Below are positions 56,701 through 64,000 of a DNA stretch of 64,000 nucleotides, one piece after another; position 1 is the stretch's first letter, and every line of letters begins with the position of its first letter. Source of the DNA: Paramecium tetraurelia (Eukaryota); NCBI GenBank assembly GCA_000165425.1, contig CT868230.1, positions 310,001 through 374,000 on the forward strand, written 5' to 3'. The notes beneath the pieces were generated by a model. It ran no database searches. It saw only the letters and a list, made by a program, of their open reading frames with translations, and was not told the origin of the DNA. The position numbers were made by a program, and so were the translations under genes.

Positions 56701-59700
56701 GCCTCTTTGTTCTATTTACTTCTTTTCATGTATCACTTATATCTAGAACTCACCATCCTATGGAAATTTATTGGTAATTTAGATCTGGAAGTCAAAAATC
56801 TCATATAAAATTGAACTGACATTCCATTACTTTTCAGACTTCCTTCCTGTGATATTACTTTTCAAATCAAATACTAGTGCTGCTGCCTAAACATTCGTCT
56901 CTTTTTTGTTTGTGAAAATCACTCTACCTGTTACAGGCAGAGAAATACGAGAAGTGAATTTCACTTTGTAATTATAAGGTATGTCAGGCTCAATTTTAAT
57001 GCTCTCATCTCCTTCCAATTAAAAGTCAGGGTGTCCCTCATATTTAACAAAATAACTAATTGGCTTTGGAGTCGGATTTCGTAATTCAATCGATTTTATT
57101 ACTTCCTCACCCAAGATGCATTAGAAAATAATGGGTTCCTTCTAAGGGACATAATGAGGAAGAGAGAAAAACAATTGGACCAACATCATCAACATTTCCC
57201 TTGGATAAGGTTTATAATAGATATCCCTGGCTTGAACATGTGATTGTAAACCATAATCGCTTAAAGCTGGCATTAATTTATCGGCATTATGTCTATAATC
57301 ATCTTCACTCTACAAATTAGTCCTTAAATTGCTAAAGAACTTCTACATGCTAGGACCAATGAATTAAGTCACTGCATCAGCTACAAGTAAGCTATCCTTG
57401 AATTCGGATGCAAAATTACTTAACCTTCTAATCTAACCTGTATGTTGTTGTTCATAACAAACCTCATAGAACCAAAGAATAACACCTTCTGCATGAGAGA
57501 TTACATTAGATCCATCTAAGTAATAATCTGGAATGTTCAATCTCTCAGTTGGAATGCCTGGCAATTGTTTAAACGATTTTGCTGTTATTCTATTTAAATA
57601 ATATATTTTAATTATTTGATAGAATGTTGAAATCCATGCATCATAGTGTAAGTAGTTGTACTTAGCTTAGCTTAGTTATAATCTATTATCCGGTACAAAC
57701 TCGTATTTCTCTTTAGGCACAGTCTTTAACCATGCATTATAATCATTATGTCCCAATAAGTATTCGGATCTTATGTGATTCAGAAGAGCTCCTTCTATTT
57801 TCAGTTGTCTTACAAGTTCATCATATTGTTTAAACTACGCCTCTGCTTTTTGTTGGCGTTTCCAATTTTAGTCAATCTAAGCCTTATATTGGAAATTGGC
57901 CTTGCCTGTTAGAAATGTTAATAACTCAAATATTTGTTACCCAAAATTGGTTACAATATCTTCTGGGAACTTATTCATAGGTTAAGTGAGAACATGATAA
58001 TTCATCCATCTCATAATATAATCACAAGCTTCATTCTAGGTTTCTGCATCTAAAGGTCTATATCCTAAATGGGAAGTTCCTTTTGAACTTGTTGTACTCT
58101 TTACAGACATAGTATGGTTTCGTTTCATTTTCTCATTATCACTGTCAGCTCCATCATCTTCTTAGAACATCACTGGCTTTTTCTCATCAGCTACCATTTG
58201 GTACTTTTGTATTCTCTACAAGTATATCTAATTTGTCAATAAACAGTTATCTGTCGTCCCTGACACATATATTGAGTACACTCTGCCTTCATCCTAAAAT
58301 TCTGCTCTAGTTGTAAATGATATTGGCTTTTTATGAGAAAAATACACATCAACCCTTAATTTACTTTTAGCAACTCCCAATGTTTACCCTTCTGGAAACT
58401 TTAATTCTAAGTAAAAGTTGCTTGTTTCACTTGACCAATTGTGTTTTAGATTCAAATTCTCATATCCATCATTTATTATCTTGAATGAACATTTTGAAAC
58501 TACATTCAGAGGCACTACTGGTAGAATGACCTCCTTTTTATCGAATAATAATCTGGGATATGCTCCTGATCCTTAAATTATTAAATCAACATATGGCAAA
58601 GTCTTTGGAATGTCAGGATCTGATTCAATATAAAGGGAGACTGTTGATGAAAATACTCCTGGTCCATAAGGGTTGAATTTCACTCTAATTCTCACCTATT
58701 ATCCAGAGGCTACTATGCCTTCACTTGGTTCTATTGTAAATATCTTTTCAATTTTTAATGGGGAAGTATCAATACGCCATTTCACATCCTTTCTATCTGG
58801 ATTTGATAGTTTGATCTCTTCTACTGTTGGATAGCATTTATCAGGAGATGTAATAATCTTTTTCTTAAACTCTATAGATTGAGGTTCCACTAAGAATTTA
58901 GGTTTAAGTCCTTTACAAGACACTCTTCTAGTCAAAGAAGGTAAATTCTAATTGAATCTGGCCAGAGTGATTGGCATATCAAACTGATAATGTTTTACAT
59001 CTTTAGGGGAGAATTTCATCAAAAACACCTAAGTCGTTCCAGGTAAAATGGTTAAATTATAGGATCTGTACTCCTTAGTTTCCAAATCAATTTATTCAGA
59101 TTTATCAGATTGATTATCCAAGGATTCATCCATTTTTGGAGCAGGTTCATCCTCATTCTCAGGGTGAATAGAATGCAAAATAGTATCATCCTCATCTTAA
59201 GGTTTAACTTCTAAGCAATCTATTCCATCCGGTGCTCTGGGATTCTCATTTTGATGTCTCAAATCTAAAACTAAATCAACAGGTATCGTTGAATTATTAA
59301 CCAAAGTCATCGTTAACTAATTACTTGTTCCTAAAGTAGTAATGTTTCCAAAATCAAATTCTTCTTCCACAATTTCAATTTTAGGTATTATAGCAGATCC
59401 AATAACAGGTACTTGTAGTTATTTGCCTCCTCTAATTAAAATGATTATTTCTCCTTTAACTATTTTTTCATCCTTAGAAAGAAATTTAACCTATAAATCT
59501 CTTGAATCTTCTGAACTTATTTTTCCTTTGATTGGATATACTTCGATTCCTTCTGGCAGCTTTGATGTTTAAACTTAAAATACTGCAGAACTTTTAGATA
59601 GATTCTTAAGAGTCAAAACCTTTGCCTCCTATTTACATACCACTATCTCTTTAAAATCTATGACAGCTTATTTTATCGCACATTTAGGTTCAGAGACAAC

Positions 59701-62571
59701 TCCCGTACACTTTATGTTCTAATCTAATCCGTCTTCTGTTTTTAATGTTAATTTTTCTTCCTCATTCCTAATAGTGGCGATTGTGGCCTACTATTAAGGT
59801 ATAGTTATTGATTATTATTATTACTACTACGTCTATTATTATTGCTAACCTTATGCATTTTTATCTTGTTATTATTACTATGTACCAACTGGTTATTTCA
59901 CTTCTGGAGGCAATGGCTATAATTAACTTGGTTTGTAAATGACTTAACACTCCATATATTTACCACTTGGCACTACACCTGAGTCAGGTTGAACATAAAA
60001 TATCTTTTTTTCAGTTGTTATCCATCTAAATTTGGCTTCAGCATTCCCATTATTTGTTAAGCGAACTATTTCAGCAGTTTCCATTTCATTGTTATCTTCA
60101 TTAAATCCAAACTTAATTTGAGTTCTATTCATCTCTAAAAAGACTCTCTCAATATTGGCTTAAACTAGAAATTCAAATATGTGATTCTCATTTATTACAT
60201 ATTTTAGATGTGTTTTAATCTATCCTAACTATTTTGAACATAGAATAACGTCAAATTAAGCTGTCTATCCACTAGGAATGATCTAAGGTTTTATGTATGA
60301 TTAATTAAAATCTTCTTTGTCAGTATGCAATCTAACACTAATAGAATTTCTGAGATCATTTCTTACATAAAAGTATTTGATTACTGTACTTTTTATGAAA
60401 ACATTCCCAAATTCTATTTTAACAGGACCTGCTTGTATTTTCTGTAATTAATCTGCATTCAATTCAGCACTTGTATCTCTGATTTCACTATGTGTTTTAG
60501 GTTCAAATGGGAATTTCTTTTTTTGAATATTTCTAAGATCTGGCTCAAATGGTTTCAGTTGTTTTCCTTCCTTTAATTAATTTTAAATAAGTGGCTCATA
60601 ATGAAAGATTGGCTTAGTAACAAAAAGAGTCTCATTTGCTTCAGGTAAAGGTAATTCCTGTTCATATCCATCATCTTACATTCCGACTGCAAACTCATAA
60701 TCGATTGGTGGTTCAGGCTTTGGTTCTTCATCTGGTTCTTATTTCTTAGCAGCTCCAGAAGGTTTAACTGGCTCCTACTTGATTTCCTTCAATCGTTCAT
60801 TCATCTAAGTAAATTTCTGTTTGATTTTCTTATCCTTAACCTTTTTTAATCGTTATTCCCTATGCAATTTTAAATACTCATTATAGATTTCTTTATTTAA
60901 TGACTTTTGCTTTAATTCCTCAATTTTGTCCAAAGAAATTCCTTGCTGAACCAAAGATTAAACGGATTAGGATATATCCAAAGTTTAAACCTTCTCAATT
61001 GATTTAATATTGCTAATGCTTTACTCCTTAGTAATGGTGTGTTTCATCTCAAAATCCTCTGGGAGTGATTCTGGCCCTCTTTTAACTTATAATTTATTAG
61101 TAAATTATTAACTCACACCAGCCAATCTCACAGGTATTTTGAAGATCCCTCCAAGCAATTCAGCACTTATAACAGTTGTGAAATTTCCAGTGTGTTTAGG
61201 CTTGAAGCTTACCCAAAAATTTTACTTTTCCTCAGGTTACAGGGTTGATAATGTTGGATTCACTGAAAAATAAGGAACTACAGGCCAATGAATTTGAATC
61301 GGCAACTCTGTCTATTTGTTAGTGACTTCAAAAACTATTTCTTTGCTTTAATTGGCAGGACATACTCCAAATTGTAAAATTGCAGTTGGTGGGAATTTGA
61401 TTGTAGGACAAATGCATCTCACTTACAAATGATTCATCAAAGGCTCATTATCTTAAAAATCGAAAATTGCTGAATAATGAAATTCATCGTAATCTGGTTT
61501 CAATTACTCGGGAGACAAGGCAAATGATCTAGTCCATACTTGTTATTCTTCTGAGACCTTAGGTTTACATTTAAACACTATTGCAATTTATGAATAGCTT
61601 TCCAAAACACCTTCCTCAGGAAAACATTCCATGATTCTTTCTGTTTACTCAAGACCAAGTTCTGCTGGAGTCTGCAATTTAAGTGCATCTTCTTATTAAT
61701 GCAATCCTTTCTTCAATTTCACTTTAAATTTTTGTTACTTCGGAGTGTTATTGACTAAATACGTTTCAATCTGCTTGTATTATCCATAGTAAATCTAACC
61801 AAAATCAAAAAAATTGTTCTAAACTCCAGTGTCATCTATCAAAAATCGAGTAAATTCTATAGATGTGGCATTAATGTCTATTGTTTTCTGTAGACTTTAA
61901 CCATCTGCTATTACTTCTACTAAACCACGAAATATTCCAGCATCTTTTGGTTTATAATGTACCTTAACCGTAAATTCTAGTCCTGGTCCTAAACTGAAAG
62001 TAGTCGGCTCTATTTTGAAGTCAGGCAAACGATCAATTTTTAGTTCTACCTTGCCAGTTGATCGACCTTCGTTCTTGAAGTATATATTATCCACTTTTTC
62101 CTTCCCCACTCGAACAAACCCCAAATTAATAAATGGCTCAAATACTATACTAAAATTAATTAATGTAAAAAATACGCAGCTTGAGGAGGAAAGGCAAAAA
62201 GCGGTACATCAATTGTATAGTTACCATCCGACACAATTTTCAAAGAGTCCTAATACTATTCCAAACTGGCTGTTTCAAATGTTACTATCAGTTTCATTGA
62301 GAGACCTGCTGCTATTGCACTATAAATTCTTCATAATGGACACATACCCTTGCATTTCATAATCACATCTGAAGTTAGAATGAGGTTGAAAAACTCGAAT
62401 TCGCCTAGCAGTCTATGTTAAATTTCTCACAAAGACAGTGATTTCATAAGTCTAATTTATCTATATATCTTTAAATATGATCTCGCTAGGCACAACCTCG
62501 ATAGGAGGGCCGGTTGACAACTGCTTAATCCGAGTCATTGTGCTGTTAAGACTTTTATTGCTCTAATTCAT
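53718..62571 (-). CDS. CFAP47: Cilia- and flagella-associated protein 47 (tandem ASH/Ig-like domains plus CH domain)
   Basis: About 2900-aa frame with few introns; N-terminal IEVVPSEIIFKDI..AAGLSMKLIVTF, repeated Ig-like FG..I.L.N motifs, CH-like EGVILWFYE..NFASEFKDSL, C-terminal ISFTPVEYGK. Confidence 0.85.
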
Positions 62572-63207
62572 TATTATTAATAATAAATTGTATATTCTAA
62601 AAATGTGGATAAGAGAAAACACTCAATAAATGATTTCCTATTTTCACAATCAAGAAATAAAGTGCAAATAAAATAACAATTTCATATGTCAGAACTAAAT
62701 TTCCTTTTTCAAATCAATCAACTTCATATTAAAAGATGAAATTACTAATTTGATTCTTCAGCAACCTAAATATTTTGTTTCTAGATACAAATTAAAAAAT
62801 TAATATCACATTGTAAAGGGTTAAAAATAAACTCAAATATTAATCAATTTCAATTGTTTTTATAATAATTAATTGACCATTTTCCTCTAGTTGTGTTTTT
62901 CTTAATATTAATTTATTTATTATTATATGTTTGAATTTGCGAGTTATTAAATCATATCTATCCATCATCATCATAATAGTTAATTTCTTATAATAATAAA
63001 CAATTATGATAATCAGTTATTTAAAATGTTTTTTTTACGATTTTTTTGGAAAGTGTGTACCAACGTAGATGTAAGTCCAAATAAAAATTTAATTTAGGAA
63101 ATCTTGGGATAAAATCGTGATGGTTTGCAAGCTTTTTATGGAAATAATTCTAAAGCATTAAAAAGTGTTTAATTTTAATAGTTGACAATTTTATATTTTT
63201 CCTGAAA

Positions 63208-64000
63208 ATGAACACCAATTAAGCATTTGGTTTGAGCAACAAGAAAAGTGGCTGCATATCATTGTTTATGAGCAGAGCAAAATAATTAATCTATACAATT
63301 GCACTTCAATAACTTGGTGGAGAACAATAACCAATAATAATAAATTGCTTTGTCATCCTTATTCAATATTTCTAGTTAGCATCTCTATTGTTTGGTCAAA
63401 ATTTTTTGAGAATTTGGAAAAATTATCATGTTTCACAAGGAATCCACGATTTTCTATAGTATAAAATATTTGACAAATATTAGGTATTTTCTTATTTCTC
63501 CTTATACATTAACATTTGATTATTCGTCTCTTTTGATTATGCATTATGTCTGTGTAGGGGTTTTTGTGGTTATGACGATGTTAGCCTGTTTCATAGGTTT
63601 TAATATAAAGAAAAGGAAGGAGGAAAATAGTTGGATACTATTGATATTGAAGATTATAATAAATTTGTTCCTTTCAATTTTATTTCTTCCATTCATCGAT
63701 ATATTCATATCAATTATAGATTGCTAGGATGATGGATATGGAAATTAAGTACATTATTATTTTACAAATTAATAATGTTGGGTAGGGGCACATATACTTC
63801 ATGGAATTATCGCCATTATTATACTTTTAATCTTTTATGGATTTTGTATGATTTTAGGAGGAATTTATTATGAATTGAAATTTATCCCTGATTAAGCCAA
63901 CTCATAATAAAATGGAAAGATTTCAGGATATTTATACACCTATCTATTGATAGTGGTAATTCTAATAAGACTTATAAAAGATTAAAAATATTAGTATTTG
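63208..64000 (+). CDS. 5' part of a multi-pass membrane protein (ciliate TmcB/PAS-type N-terminus)
   Basis: ILIQYFQL, several TM segments, ILFLPFIDIFISIIDC..QCWVGAHILHGIIA; truncated by the window end. Confidence 0.65.

Overview
AT-rich, gene-dense eukaryotic DNA from a ciliate, most likely macronuclear DNA of Paramecium (aurelia group). TAA/TAG encode Gln, TGA is the only stop, GT..AG introns are about 20-33 nt and intergenic spacers go down to 21 bp. The supplied ORF track uses the standard code, so it is fragmentary or antisense; I re-read genes by hand in translation table 6. About 35 protein genes are supported: SAS-6, PKA catalytic subunit, a MYND-finger Aurora-like kinase, centrin-3, eL43/RPL37A, an ACP-like protein, an MGRN1-like RING ligase, two CK2-beta, HSF, p24, CDPK, HGD, a Ulp1 protease, a CD36-like protein, a TLDc protein, a membrane-anchored bZIP, a pseudokinase-MORN protein, MAPK15/ERK7, CFAP47 and several ciliate-type HTH and coiled-coil proteins. 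A frameshifted CK1 pseudogene is also present. The best leads are an ATF6-like membrane-tethered bZIP, a zinc-finger-less eL43, a Ser-less ACP, a MYND-Aurora fusion, a secreted protein with VDE-like Cys spacing and a G5-C5-G5 alternative hairpin. No tRNA, rRNA, transposon, telomere or CRISPR was seen. Coordinates are hand-derived and span introns; family calls come from recalled motifs, not database searches.
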